Shown here in pieces: positions 27,890 through 36,921 of a DNA stretch of 64,000 nucleotides; position 1 is the first letter of the stretch; each line of letters begins with the position of its first letter. Under the pieces are notes generated by a model, which saw only the letters and a list, made by a program, of their open reading frames with translations, searched no databases and was not told the origin of the DNA. The position numbers and the translations under genes were made by a program. The stretch comes from Candidatus Rokuibacteriota bacterium (GTDB lineage Bacteria; Methylomirabilota; Methylomirabilia; Rokubacteriales; CSP1-6). Where the stretch lies: NCBI GenBank assembly GCA_003220225.1, contig QHRU01000064.1, positions 5,966 through 69,965 on the forward strand. Reading direction: 5' to 3'.

Positions 27890-29086
27890 TTACTTCTTCA
27901 TCGCCGGGGCGGCGATGGCGAGCCGCTTCGCTTCCTTGTTCTCGCTCCACTTCTCGGGGTTGTCGGTGCTGACCTGCATGACGTAGTACGAGGCCTTCTT
28001 CGGGTCGCCCTTGTCGTCGAACTCGATGGCGCCCGTCATGCCGCTGTACTTCACCTTGCGGATAGCCGAGGCGACCGCCGCGCGCATCGGCGCCTTGCCG
28101 CCTTTGGTGACTTCCTCCAGCGCCTTGATGGCGATGGCGGTGGCCACGTACGACTCGGCCGCGTACGGCTCGGGGTTCTTGCCGAACTTCTTCTTGTACT
28201 CCACGCCGAACTGCTTGGCCTGCGGGCTGGAGGCCGGCGCGGCGGCCGTGGTGTAGTACGTGCCCACGACCGTCTTGCCGCCGATCTTGACGAAGTCCGA
28301 GGAGTCCATGCCGTCGGGGCCGAGGAACTTCGACTTCACGCCCTTCTCGCGCGCCTGCTTGAAGAAGGGCGCCCCCTGGTCGTAGATGCCGCCGAAGTAG
28401 ACGAGGTCGGGGTTCTTCGCCTTGAGCGGGGTGATGAGCGGGTCGAAGTTCGACTTCTCCTCCGTCCCTTCGAAGCCGATGACCTTCACGCCCTTCTTTT
28501 CGAGGTCCTTCTTGAACGCCTCGGCGACGCCCTGGCCGTAGGTCGTCTTGTCGTGCAGCACGTACGCGGTCTTGGTCTTCAGGGTGCCGGCGGCGAACTC
28601 GGCGCCCACCGGGCCCTGCACGTCGTCGCGGCCACACACGCGGTTGACGTTCGGGTAGCCGCGGTCGGTGACCTTCTCGTTCGTGTTCGCCGGGGAGATC
28701 ATCGCCAGCGAATCCTCCTTGTAGACCTCAGACGACGGGATGGCCACGCCGGAGTTCAGGTGGCCGATGACGACCATGATGGCCTTGTCGGCGATGATGT
28801 TCTTCGCGTTGGACACGCCGACGTCGGGCTTGGCCTGGTCGTCGTACGGCACCAGCTCGACCTTGAAGCCGGTCTTCTCGAGGTTGCCCTTGAACTTCTC
28901 GATGGCGAGCTGTGTGCCGAGCTTGATGCCCTCGCCGAGCGCGGCCTGACCGCCGCTGAGCGGGCTCTGCGTGGCGATCTTGATGGTGCCCTTCCCCTGT
29001 GCGGTCGGCCCCGACCCCAGCGGCAGGAGGGCGATGGCGAGCGCCGCGCAGACGGCGAGGACGCTGCGGATGCGTGTCGGATTCAT
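27890..29086 (-). CDS. ABC transporter substrate-binding protein (LivJ/LivK-like, periplasmic binding protein type I)
   Basis: ATG 29086 preceded by AAGGAGGGAG. MNPTRIRSVLAVCAALAIALLPLGS is a signal peptide. ...IKIATQSPLSGGQAALGEGIKLGTQLAIE... is a Leu/Ile/Val-binding-protein family pattern. Confidence 0.88.
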   Translation of the reverse strand: MNPTRIRSVLAVCAALAIALLPLGSGPTAQGKGTIKIATQSPLSGGQAALGEGIKLGTQLAIEKFKGNLEKTGFKVELVPYDDQAKPDVGVSNAKNIIADKAIMVVIGHLNSGVAIPSSEVYKEDSLAMISPANTNEKVTDRGYPNVNRVCGRDDVQGPVGAEFAAGTLKTKTAYVLHDKTTYGQGVAEAFKKDLEKKGVKVIGFEGTEEKSNFDPLITPLKAKNPDLVYFGGIYDQGAPFFKQAREKGVKSKFLGPDGMDSSDFVKIGGKTVVGTYYTTAAAPASSPQAKQFGVEYKKKFGKNPEPYAAESYVATAIAIKALEEVTKGGKAPMRAAVASAIRKVKYSGMTGAIEFDDKGDPKKASYYVMQVSTDNPEKWSENKEAKRLAIAAPAMKK

Positions 29087-29136
29087 AGACTCCCTCCTTG
29101 AGCGTTGATGAATCGAGGGGTTTGCGCGCGCCGCCA

Positions 29137-29164
29137 ATTATAGCGAGGGCGCGCGGGTGGTCAA
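29137..29164 (-). promoter_or_regulatory. Candidate sigma-70 promoter for the liv operon
   Basis: Minus strand: TTGACC (29164-29159) - 16 nt - TATAAT (29142-29137), about 50 nt upstream of the substrate-binding gene ATG. The -35 hexamer overlaps the thiE stop codon. Confidence 0.5.
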
Positions 29165-29787
29165 GCCGCCCGGGCGCTCCGGATGAGGTCGAGGAAGCGC
29201 CGCGTGGCCGACGCCGGATCGGGCGCCGCGCAGACCGCCGAGATGACGGCCACCCCGTCGGCGCCGGCCCGCACGACCTCGGCCACGTTGTCGTGCGTGA
29301 TGCCGCCGATCCCTATGAGGGGAACGCGGATCTCGCCGCGGAGTTTCCGGATCAGCGCGGGACCCACCAGCTGGAAGTCGGGCTTGGTCGTTGTCGCGAA
29401 CATCGAGCCGACGGCGACGTAGTCGGCGCCGTCGGCGCGCGCGGCGTGCGCCTGCTCGACGCCGTGCGTGGAAACGCCGAGCAGCATGCCGGGGCGCAGC
29501 AGCGGGCGCGCGGCGCGCGCGGGCAGGTCGTCCTGGCCCAGGTGGACGCCGTCGGCGCCGACGGCCACCGCGAGGTCCACGCGGTCGTTCACGATGAACG
29601 TGACGCCCGCGCGGCCGCACCGCTCCCGCAACCGGCGGGCCACCGGCAGGACCCGGCCCGAGGGCCAGTCCTTCTCGCGCAGCTGGACCATGCGGCAGCC
29701 GCCGTCGATGACGGCGGCGAGGAGGTCGTCGACGTCGCGCCCGCGCGCCGCCGTCCGGTCGAGGACGACGTACAGCGTCGGGTCCAT
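29161..29787 (-). CDS. thiE: Thiamine-phosphate synthase
   Basis: ATG 29787 (1-nt overlap with the accC stop). MDPTLYVVLDR...MVQLREKD...FIVNDRVDLAVAVGADGVHLGQDD...GVSTH...ADYVAVGSMFATTTK...IGIGGI is a ThiE pattern. Confidence 0.92.
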   Translation of the reverse strand: MDPTLYVVLDRTAARGRDVDDLLAAVIDGGCRMVQLREKDWPSGRVLPVARRLRERCGRAGVTFIVNDRVDLAVAVGADGVHLGQDDLPARAARPLLRPGMLLGVSTHGVEQAHAARADGADYVAVGSMFATTTKPDFQLVGPALIRKLRGEIRVPLIGIGGITHDNVAEVVRAGADGVAVISAVCAAPDPASATRRFLDLIRSARAA

Positions 29788-31124
29788 CAGGGGTGGAGGC
29801 GGGCGCCGTCCGCGCTGGTGAAGCGGCCGTCGACGAAGGCGGGATCGCTCAGGATCTTGAAGTGGAAGGGGATGGTCGTCTTCACGCCCTCGATCACCGT
29901 CTCCCTCAGCGCACGGCGCATCCGCTCGATCGCCTCCGCGCGATCGCGGCCGTGCACGATGATCTTGCCGAGCAGCGAGTCGTAGAAGGGGGGGACCGAG
30001 TACGGCGCCATCAGGTGGCTGTCCACGCGTACGCCGAAGCCTCCCGGCGGCACCCACGCCGTCACGCGCCCCGCGCTCGGCACGAACGTCTCGGGATCCT
30101 CGGCGTTGATCCGGCACTCGATCGCGTGCCCCTCGAAGCGGATGGCGTCCTGGCGATAGCCCAGCGGCTCGCCGGCGGCGATGCGGATCTGCTCGCGGAT
30201 GAGGTCGAGGCCCGTGATCGCCTCCGTCACGGGGTGCTCGACCTGGATGCGCGTGTTCATCTCGATGAAGTAGTAGGCGCCGTCGGCGTCCACGAGGAAC
30301 TCGACCGTGCCCGCGCTGACATAGTTCACCGCCGCCGCCGCCAGCAGGGCCGCGCGATGCAGCCCCGTGCGCGTGTCCGCGGGGAGCGAGGGCGCCGGCG
30401 ACTCCTCGATCAGCTTCTGGTGGCGCCGCTGGACGGAGCAATCGCGCTCGCCGAGGTGCACGCGCATCCCGTTGCGATCGCCCAGCACCTGCACTTCGAC
30501 GTGCCGCGATTGCTCGATGTACTTCTCGCAGTAGATCTCGGAGGAGCCGAAGGCGGCGCCGGCCTCCGCCTGGCAGGCGGCGAACGCCTGCGCGGCTGAG
30601 GCGCGCTCGCGCACGATGCGCATGCCGCGGCCGCCGCCGCCCGCCGCCGCCTTGAAGATGACCGGGTAGCCGGCCTCGTCGGCGACGTCCAGCGCCTCCG
30701 CCTCGCTCTTGAGCGGCAGCTCGCTGCCGGGCACGACCGGCACGCCCGCTTGCCGGGCGATGACGCGCGCCTGCGCCTTGTCGCCCATCAGGCGGATGGC
30801 CTCGGGGCTCGGCCCGATGAAGGTGAGGCCCGAGGCGCGGCAGATGTCGGCGAACGTCGGATTCTCGGCGAGGAAGCCGTAGCCCGGGTGGATCGCCTCG
30901 CTGTCGGTGACGACGGCCGCCGAGATCACGGAGGGCATGTTGAGGTAGCTCGCCCGCGCCGCATCGGGGCCGATGCAGATCGTCTCGTCGGCGAGGCGTA
31001 CGGGCAGCGATTGCGCGTCCGCCGTCGAGTGGGCGATCACCGTGCGGATCCCCATCTCGCGACAGGTGCGCATGATCCGCAGCGCGATCTCGCCGCGGTT
31101 GGCGATGAGGATCTTGTGGAACAT
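29787..31124 (-). CDS. accC: Acetyl-CoA carboxylase biotin carboxylase subunit
   Basis: MFHKILIANRGEIALRIMRTCREMGI...GYGFLAEN...KAAAGGGGRGMR...EMNTRIQVEHPVTE... is near-consensus AccC. Confidence 0.96.
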   Translation of the reverse strand: MFHKILIANRGEIALRIMRTCREMGIRTVIAHSTADAQSLPVRLADETICIGPDAARASYLNMPSVISAAVVTDSEAIHPGYGFLAENPTFADICRASGLTFIGPSPEAIRLMGDKAQARVIARQAGVPVVPGSELPLKSEAEALDVADEAGYPVIFKAAAGGGGRGMRIVRERASAAQAFAACQAEAGAAFGSSEIYCEKYIEQSRHVEVQVLGDRNGMRVHLGERDCSVQRRHQKLIEESPAPSLPADTRTGLHRAALLAAAAVNYVSAGTVEFLVDADGAYYFIEMNTRIQVEHPVTEAITGLDLIREQIRIAAGEPLGYRQDAIRFEGHAIECRINAEDPETFVPSAGRVTAWVPPGGFGVRVDSHLMAPYSVPPFYDSLLGKIIVHGRDRAEAIERMRRALRETVIEGVKTTIPFHFKILSDPAFVDGRFTSADGARLHP

Positions 31125-31128
31125 TCCC

Positions 31129-31602
31129 TTACTTGCGCTGGAACCCCGCGGGTACGCGCTGCCACTGGTAGAGACCCTTCGCAGGGCTGCTCAGCGTCCA
31201 GCGATCCGGATAGAGGTACCCGAGGGTCGTCTCGGTGACGTAATAGCCAGGAAGCTCGGTGTACTGCGCGACCCACTGGTCTCCGGTGACTTCCTGTTCC
31301 GGGGCATAAACGACGATCTGGACGGCCTGCGGCGGGATGTAGATCTGCCGGATCGGCACCCCGTACCAGCCGGTCCCCGAGACTCCCGCGTTCAGCAGCG
31401 TCGGGAAGGGATTGTTCTGCTGATTCGGATCGCTCGTGAACGGAACGCTCGGTCGCGTGGTCGACGGGGTCCCTGGCAGCGATCCGGAAGGCGGTGGCAC
31501 GGTGATCGTTGAGGGAACGTTGGGGTTCACGGCGCCGACCTGGGCCCACGTCGGCGTCGTCACGAGCAGCATCATCGCCAAGACGATCCAGATCCAGTTC
31601 AT
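31129..31602 (-). CDS. Small secreted hypothetical protein (157 aa) rich in Pro/Thr/Gln/Tyr/Trp
   Basis: ATG 31602, 1 nt after the upstream stop. MNWIWIVLAMMLLVTTPTWA|QV is a signal peptide. The mature part has a P/S/T-rich linker, then ...GWYGVPIRQIYIPPQAVQIVVYAPEQEVTGDQWVAQYTELPGYYVTETTLGYLYPDRWTL.... No family recognised. Confidence 0.65.
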   Translation of the reverse strand: MNWIWIVLAMMLLVTTPTWAQVGAVNPNVPSTITVPPPSGSLPGTPSTTRPSVPFTSDPNQQNNPFPTLLNAGVSGTGWYGVPIRQIYIPPQAVQIVVYAPEQEVTGDQWVAQYTELPGYYVTETTLGYLYPDRWTLSSPAKGLYQWQRVPAGFQRK

Positions 31603-31603
31603 G

Positions 31604-32875
31604 TCAGCCTCCCAGCAGTCGGCGCCACTGCGATTCGAGCTCGGCCAGACGCCAGCCGTAGACGCGCGGCGCCGCGTCGGCGATCGTTTCGCCCGCGCCC
31701 AGCCGCGCCAGCAACGCGCGCATCGATTCCATTCCGCCGCGGTCCAGCAGGTCCGCGACGACGAACAGCGCGAGCTCATAGCCCGCGTGCGCCCGGCGCG
31801 GGTCGGGGTCGGTCACGAGCGCCTCCAGGCCGCTCAGCGTGAGGCCGCCCGACGCGGCCAGCGCGGGATCGGCCGCACGGCCCTCCAGCACCTGGGCCAG
31901 GCCCTCCTGCAGCCAGCGCGGCGCCCGCCCGCGCGCGCGGTGGTGGATCACGGCGTGCGCGTACTCGTGGGTCAGGAGCCGCGCCAGCTCCCCGCGCGCA
32001 GGCAGGGCCGGGCCCAGCGGCAGCCGGATCCGGCCGTCGAAGAGCCCGTTGACCCAGGCGTGGGAGCCTGTGACGTCGCTGAACTGTCCCCGCTCGTACA
32101 GCACCACGCTCACGGGCTCCGGGCCCGCGTCACCCAGCTGCGCGACGACGCGCCGTCGCGCGGTCTCGAGCGCGGCGAGCACCGCGCGCCGCGCGTCGGC
32201 GTCGACGCCCGGCCGGTAGCGCAGGACGAACGCGCCCACCGGCTCGCGCAGGAAGGCCGCCTCGGTGCGCTGCTCGCGCTCGAGCTTGTCGAGCAGCCGG
32301 CGCGCCTCGTCGTGCACCGGATCGACGGCGAGCAGCGCGCGCAGGTGCGCGACCGCGCGCTCGGGCTCGTCGCGGTGATCGTACAGTCGCGCGAGCAGCA
32401 TCCGCACCTGGGCGTCCGCGCGCAGGCGCGCCGCCGCCTCCAGCGGACCCAGTGCGTCGTCCACGCGCCCGGCGTGCACCGCCGCGACGCCGGCGGCCTT
32501 GAGCAGCGCCGGGTCGTCGGGCACGGCCGCGAGGCCCTGGCCGAAGAGCAGGGCCGCCTCCTCCGGGCGTCCCTGCGCCAGCGTGCGCCAGCCCCACGTC
32601 TCGAAGCAGCGGCCCACGTCCTCGCGGCGCGCGGCGCTGTCCGGACGCTCGCCCGCCGCCTCGCTGAAGCGGTCGCAGGCGCGCGCGAGCTGGCCGGCAG
32701 CGTAGAGGCGGATCGCGTCGTCGGTCAGCGCGGTGGCGTCCGCGGGGCGCGTGAGCACGACGGCGGGAGCCGGCACGGGCGCGCGGAGCACCGACCACCA
32801 CGCGGCGGCGCCGGTCGCGAGAGCGACGGCGACGAGGGGCAGGAGCCCGCGACGGGCGGCGATGGACAGCCTCAC
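31604..32875 (-). CDS. TPR-repeat protein with C-terminal gluzincin (peptidase MA-like, HExxH...E) domain, N-terminal membrane anchor
   Basis: N-terminal LLPLVAVALATGAAAWW. TPR-like helical repeats. ...LLTHEYAHAVIHH...WLQEGLAQVLEG is an HExxH plus downstream Glu as in Peptidase_MA_2-type proteins. Confidence 0.75.
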   Translation of the reverse strand: MRLSIAARRGLLPLVAVALATGAAAWWSVLRAPVPAPAVVLTRPADATALTDDAIRLYAAGQLARACDRFSEAAGERPDSAARREDVGRCFETWGWRTLAQGRPEEAALLFGQGLAAVPDDPALLKAAGVAAVHAGRVDDALGPLEAAARLRADAQVRMLLARLYDHRDEPERAVAHLRALLAVDPVHDEARRLLDKLEREQRTEAAFLREPVGAFVLRYRPGVDADARRAVLAALETARRRVVAQLGDAGPEPVSVVLYERGQFSDVTGSHAWVNGLFDGRIRLPLGPALPARGELARLLTHEYAHAVIHHRARGRAPRWLQEGLAQVLEGRAADPALAASGGLTLSGLEALVTDPDPRRAHAGYELALFVVADLLDRGGMESMRALLARLGAGETIADAAPRVYGWRLAELESQWRRLLGG

Positions 32876-32886
32876 GGTGAGGCGCC

Positions 32887-33390
32887 TCAGTGCGGTGGCT
32901 CGAGCAGGAAGAGCGGTTGCCCGTACTCCACGGGCTGGCCATTCTCGACGAGGATCTTGAGCACCCGACCTCCCGCCTTCGACTCGATCTCGTTCATCAG
33001 CTTCATCGCTTCGATGATGCAGATGACCTGGCCTTCCTTCACCACGTCGCCCTCGCGGACGAACGGATCGGCGGTGGGCGCCGAGGCCCGATAGAACGTG
33101 CCGACCATCGGCGCCTCGATGGTGATCGCGGTCGGCGCCGCGACGTCGGCCACGAGGGCCGACTCGATCGTCGGCGAGAGGGCGCTCGTGGAGGGCGCGG
33201 CGCCGGCGTGAACGGCGGGCGTGGCCGGCGCGCCGGCGCGCTGGACCCGCAGGCGCGTGCCGGCCGACTCGACCTCGATCTCCGAGAGGCCGAGCTCGGC
33301 GGCCACCGCGGCCAGGCGCCGCGTCAGCTCGATGAGCCGATCGTCGCCGCCGCCGGCAGGATCCGCGGAGAGCGTCGCGCGCTTCGCCAT
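32887..33390 (-). CDS. accB: Acetyl-CoA carboxylase biotin carboxyl carrier protein
   Basis: C-terminal ...[48 protein letters not shown] has the biotinyl-lysine AMKLM motif. Confidence 0.95.
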   Translation of the reverse strand: MAKRATLSADPAGGGDDRLIELTRRLAAVAAELGLSEIEVESAGTRLRVQRAGAPATPAVHAGAAPSTSALSPTIESALVADVAAPTAITIEAPMVGTFYRASAPTADPFVREGDVVKEGQVICIIEAMKLMNEIESKAGGRVLKILVENGQPVEYGQPLFLLEPPH

Positions 33391-33959
33391 CAGCCCGCCA
33401 CGGCCACGCGGCCGAGATACTCGCCGGTGCGCGTGTCGACCTTCACGACGTCCCCTTCGTTCAGGAACAGGGGCACCTGGAGCACGGCACCCGTCTCGAG
33501 CGTGGCCCGCTTGGTGCCGCCCTGCGCGGTGTCACCGCGGACCCCCGGGTCCGTGCTCGCGATGGCCAGCTCGACGAAATTGGGCACGTCCACCGTGGTC
33601 GGCGCGCCGTCGATATAGAGGACGTCGACCTCGGTGTTCTCCTTCAGGTACTCGCGCGCGTCGCCGACCTCGTCGGCCGACAGCGACACCTGCTCGTAGG
33701 TCTCCGTGTCCATGAAGTGGTACCGGTCGTCCTTGTAGAGGAACTGCATGTGCTTCTCGTCGTATTCGACGAGGTCGACCTTCTCCCCCGCGCGGAACGT
33801 GTTGTCGATCACCTTGCCGAGCCGCATGTGCTTGAGCTTGGTGCGGACGAAGGCGCCACCCTTGCCCGGCTTGACGTGCTGGAAGTCGACGATGGCGTAC
33901 GGCTGCCCGTCGAACACGATCCGCAATCCCTTCTTGAACTCGGCCGTCGAGACCTGCAT
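33390..33959 (-). CDS. efp: Elongation factor P
   Basis: [45 protein letters not shown]... is canonical EF-P (KPGKG loop). Confidence 0.96.
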   Translation of the reverse strand: MQVSTAEFKKGLRIVFDGQPYAIVDFQHVKPGKGGAFVRTKLKHMRLGKVIDNTFRAGEKVDLVEYDEKHMQFLYKDDRYHFMDTETYEQVSLSADEVGDAREYLKENTEVDVLYIDGAPTTVDVPNFVELAIASTDPGVRGDTAQGGTKRATLETGAVLQVPLFLNEGDVVKVDTRTGEYLGRVAVAG

Positions 33960-33968
33960 GGGACGTTC

Positions 33969-34625
33969 TCAGCCTTTCCGTCGCGACCGGGCGCGCAGCG
34001 CGGTGTCCAACCGCTCCCGCGCGCCCACGTCGTCGGGGTCCTTTCGCACGAGCCGCGTGAACACGATCGTCGCCTCGTCGGCCAGGCCCTGGTCGAGGCA
34101 CAGCGTGCCGAAGGCGGCGGTGACGAAGGTGTCGTCGGCGAGCAGCCGCGCCACCCCCGAGTCTCCGGCCGCCGCCCCCGCCCGCAGCAGGCCGAGCAGC
34201 GCGCGCGACTCCCGATCACCGGGGTCGAGGCTCGCCGCCCGCTCGAGGTGTTGCACGGCGTCGTCCACGCGTCCGAGCCGTCGGTGAACCTCCGCGGCGA
34301 GCCGATGACATTGTACGTCCTTCGGGCTGGACCGGAGAATGGTGTCGATCTCGGCCAGGGCCCCGGCAAAATCCTGACGGCTCAGGAGCGCCTTGGCCAG
34401 GATCAGTCGGGCCGTGGCGTAGTGCGGATGGCGGATGAGACCGTCGCGGCAGGCCGCCACCGCATCGGCGACGCGCCCGGCCTTGCGGTAGAGATCCGCG
34501 AGCAACGCGAAGCCGAGCGATGCCGGATCCTTCGCCAGCCGCTCCTCGTAGCGGCGGATGGCGGCGGCGAGCGCCAACTCGTTGGGCGAGGCCGCGGCAC
34601 CGGTCGGCGTCGGCTCGTCCGTCAT
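33969..34625 (-). CDS. Tetratricopeptide repeat protein
   Basis: 218 aa of TPR-like helical repeats (...ALLADLYRKAGRVADAVAACRDGLIRHPHYATARLILAKALL...). ATGA overlap with aroB. Confidence 0.75.
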   Translation of the reverse strand: MTDEPTPTGAAASPNELALAAAIRRYEERLAKDPASLGFALLADLYRKAGRVADAVAACRDGLIRHPHYATARLILAKALLSRQDFAGALAEIDTILRSSPKDVQCHRLAAEVHRRLGRVDDAVQHLERAASLDPGDRESRALLGLLRAGAAAGDSGVARLLADDTFVTAAFGTLCLDQGLADEATIVFTRLVRKDPDDVGARERLDTALRARSRRKG

Positions 34626-35716
34626 CGCCCGCCCCCGACGATGGACGCGAGCGCCGCCCGCACGTCGGCGGGCGAGACGTCGTAGACGACCCGGAAGGCG
34701 CCGATCGACGGCGCGAGCACGAACGGCACTCGGCCGTCGCGTGCCTTCTTGTCGTGCGCGATCGCGGCCAGTACGGCCTCGGCCTCCACCGCCGCCGCCT
34801 GCACCGGCAGCCCGAGGGCGCGCAGGAGCGCCTCCTGTCGCCGCGTCGTGGCCGCGTCGGCCAGGCCGAGCCGCTCGGCCAGTCGCGCCTCGGCGACCAT
34901 GCCGAGCGCGACCGCCTCACCGTGCGTCCACGTCTCGAATCGCGTCGCCGCCTCCAGCGCGTGGCCGATCGTGTGGCCGTTGTTCAGCGCGAAGCGCCAC
35001 TCGCCCTTCTCCTCCGGGTCGCGGTGGATGACCGCCGCCTTGAGCCGGCACGATCCGCCGATGATGCGCGTGAGGGTGGGCAGGTCGCGGGCGGTGAGCG
35101 CCGCCGCCGAGCGCTCGACGTCGTCGAAGTAGGCGGCGTCGAGCACGACGCCGTGCTTGACGATCTCGGCGAGGCCCGAGCGGAAGTCGCGGTCCGGCAG
35201 CGTCAGCACGACCGCCGGATCAACGATGACCAGGCGCGGCTGGTGGAAGGCGCCGATGAGGTTCTTGGCCTTCGGGTGGTCGATGGCGGTCTTGCCGCCG
35301 CTGGAGGCGTCGACCTGGGCGAGCACCGTCGTCGGCAGCGGCACGAAGTTGGCGCCGCGCATATAGGTCGCGGCCACGAAGCCCGCGAGGTCGCCGACGG
35401 CGCCGCCGCCGAGCGCCAGCACCGTGGAGGTGCGGTCGGCGCCCGCCGCCAGCAGCCGATCCCAGCAGTGCTCGGCGACCGCCAGCGTCTTGGCCGCCTC
35501 GCCGTCGGGAACCTCGAGCACGGTCACCGAGAGCCCGGCGGCCTCCAGGCTCGCCACCACGACCTGGCCGTGCAGCTTGAGAATGCCGGCGTCGGTCACG
35601 AGCACCGCGCGCGAGCCGACGCGGAGCTCGCGCAGGCGCGCGCCCACGCTGGCGAGCGCGCCGGGCTCCACGACGATCGAGTAGGACCGGGGGCCGAGGT
35701 CGACGGGGATCAGCAT
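34622..35716 (-). CDS. aroB: 3-dehydroquinate synthase
   Basis: ATG 35716. ...ALGGGAVGDLAGFVAATYMRGANFVPLPTTVLAQVDASSGGKTAIDHP...NNGHTIGHALE... is an AroB pattern. Confidence 0.93.
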   Translation of the reverse strand: MLIPVDLGPRSYSIVVEPGALASVGARLRELRVGSRAVLVTDAGILKLHGQVVVASLEAAGLSVTVLEVPDGEAAKTLAVAEHCWDRLLAAGADRTSTVLALGGGAVGDLAGFVAATYMRGANFVPLPTTVLAQVDASSGGKTAIDHPKAKNLIGAFHQPRLVIVDPAVVLTLPDRDFRSGLAEIVKHGVVLDAAYFDDVERSAAALTARDLPTLTRIIGGSCRLKAAVIHRDPEEKGEWRFALNNGHTIGHALEAATRFETWTHGEAVALGMVAEARLAERLGLADAATTRRQEALLRALGLPVQAAAVEAEAVLAAIAHDKKARDGRVPFVLAPSIGAFRVVYDVSPADVRAALASIVGGGR

Positions 35717-35745
35717 CGCGCTTCGATGATAGCGCCGCGCGGGCG

Positions 35746-36918
35746 CTACCAGCTCTTCAGGCTGTCCTGGTAGGCGCGGTAGTTGCGGCGGACCTCCTCG
35801 ATGCCGTCGCCGCCGAACTTCTCGAGGAAGGCGTCGGCCAGCACGATTGCCATCATGGCCTCGCCCACGACGCCCGCTGCCGGCACCGCACAGACGTCGC
35901 TGCGCTCCACCACCGCCTCCACCGTCTCCTTGGTGGCGAGGTCGACCGACTTGAGCGGCGTGCGCAGCGTCGAGAGCGGCTTCATCGCGGCTCGCACGAC
36001 GAGCGGCTGGCCGTTGGTGACGCCGCCCTCGAGGCCGCCCGCGTTGTTGGTCGAGCGGTTGAAGCCCTGGCCCGCCTCGAACAGGATCTCGTCGTGCACG
36101 CCCGAGCCGGGGGTGCGCGCCGTCTCGAAGCCCATGCCGAACTCGCAGCCCTTGATCGCCTGGATCGAGCAAAAGGCCTGCGCGAGCCGGCCGTCGAGCC
36201 GCCGGTCCCACTGCACGTAGGAGCCGAGGCCGACCGGGCAGCCCAGCGCGACGACCTCGAAGACGCCTCCCAGCGTGTCGCCCTTGGCCTTGGCGTCGTC
36301 GATGGCCGCGATGATCGCCGCCTCCGCCGTGGCGTCCGCGCAGCGCACCTCGGAGGCCTCGGCCCGGCGCGCCAGCTCGTCCCACGGCAGATCGATGTGT
36401 CCCACGCGCACGCCACCGATCTCGGTGACGTGGCTCAGGATCGTGATCCCGAACTCCGCCAGCAGCCGCTTGGCCACGCCGGCGACGGCCACCCGCGCGG
36501 TCGTCTCGCGGGCGCTGGAGCGCTCGAGCACGTTGCGGATGTCCCGGTGGCCGTACTTCATGGCGCCGGCGAGGTCGGCGTGCCCGGGACGGGGCCGCGT
36601 CACTTCCTTCTTCGCCGTGCCCGCCTCGGGCACGGCCACGCCCATGGTCGCCTTCCAGTTCTCCCAGTCGCGGTTGGCGATGCTGAGCGTGATGGGCGAG
36701 CCGAGCGTGGCGCCCCAGCGGACGCCGGACAGGACGTGGACCTGGTCGCGCTCGATCTTCATGCGGCCGCCGCGGCCGTAGCCGCGCTGGCGCCGGGCGA
36801 GGTCGCCGTTGATGTCGGCTTCGGTCAGCGGCAGGCCGGCCGGGACGCCGTCGATGACGGCGACCAGCGCCTCACCGTGGGATTCGCCCGCGGTGAGGAA
36901 GCGGAAGACTCCGCCCAT
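35746..36918 (-). CDS. aroC: Chorismate synthase
   Basis: ...[25 protein letters not shown]...RPRPGHADL...[13 protein letters not shown]...[13 protein letters not shown]... is an AroC pattern. Confidence 0.95.
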   Translation of the reverse strand: MGGVFRFLTAGESHGEALVAVIDGVPAGLPLTEADINGDLARRQRGYGRGGRMKIERDQVHVLSGVRWGATLGSPITLSIANRDWENWKATMGVAVPEAGTAKKEVTRPRPGHADLAGAMKYGHRDIRNVLERSSARETTARVAVAGVAKRLLAEFGITILSHVTEIGGVRVGHIDLPWDELARRAEASEVRCADATAEAAIIAAIDDAKAKGDTLGGVFEVVALGCPVGLGSYVQWDRRLDGRLAQAFCSIQAIKGCEFGMGFETARTPGSGVHDEILFEAGQGFNRSTNNAGGLEGGVTNGQPLVVRAAMKPLSTLRTPLKSVDLATKETVEAVVERSDVCAVPAAGVVGEAMMAIVLADAFLEKFGGDGIEEVRRNYRAYQDSLKSW

Positions 36919-36921
36919 GAC

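Noticed and set aside
29087-29787. TPP riboswitch upstream of thiE, and upstream of thiL at about 17703.
   Set aside because: Both genes overlap the stop codon of the preceding gene (accC and trpG), leaving no leader. The 74-nt gap at 29087-29160 is downstream of thiE and looks like the liv promoter and UTR.
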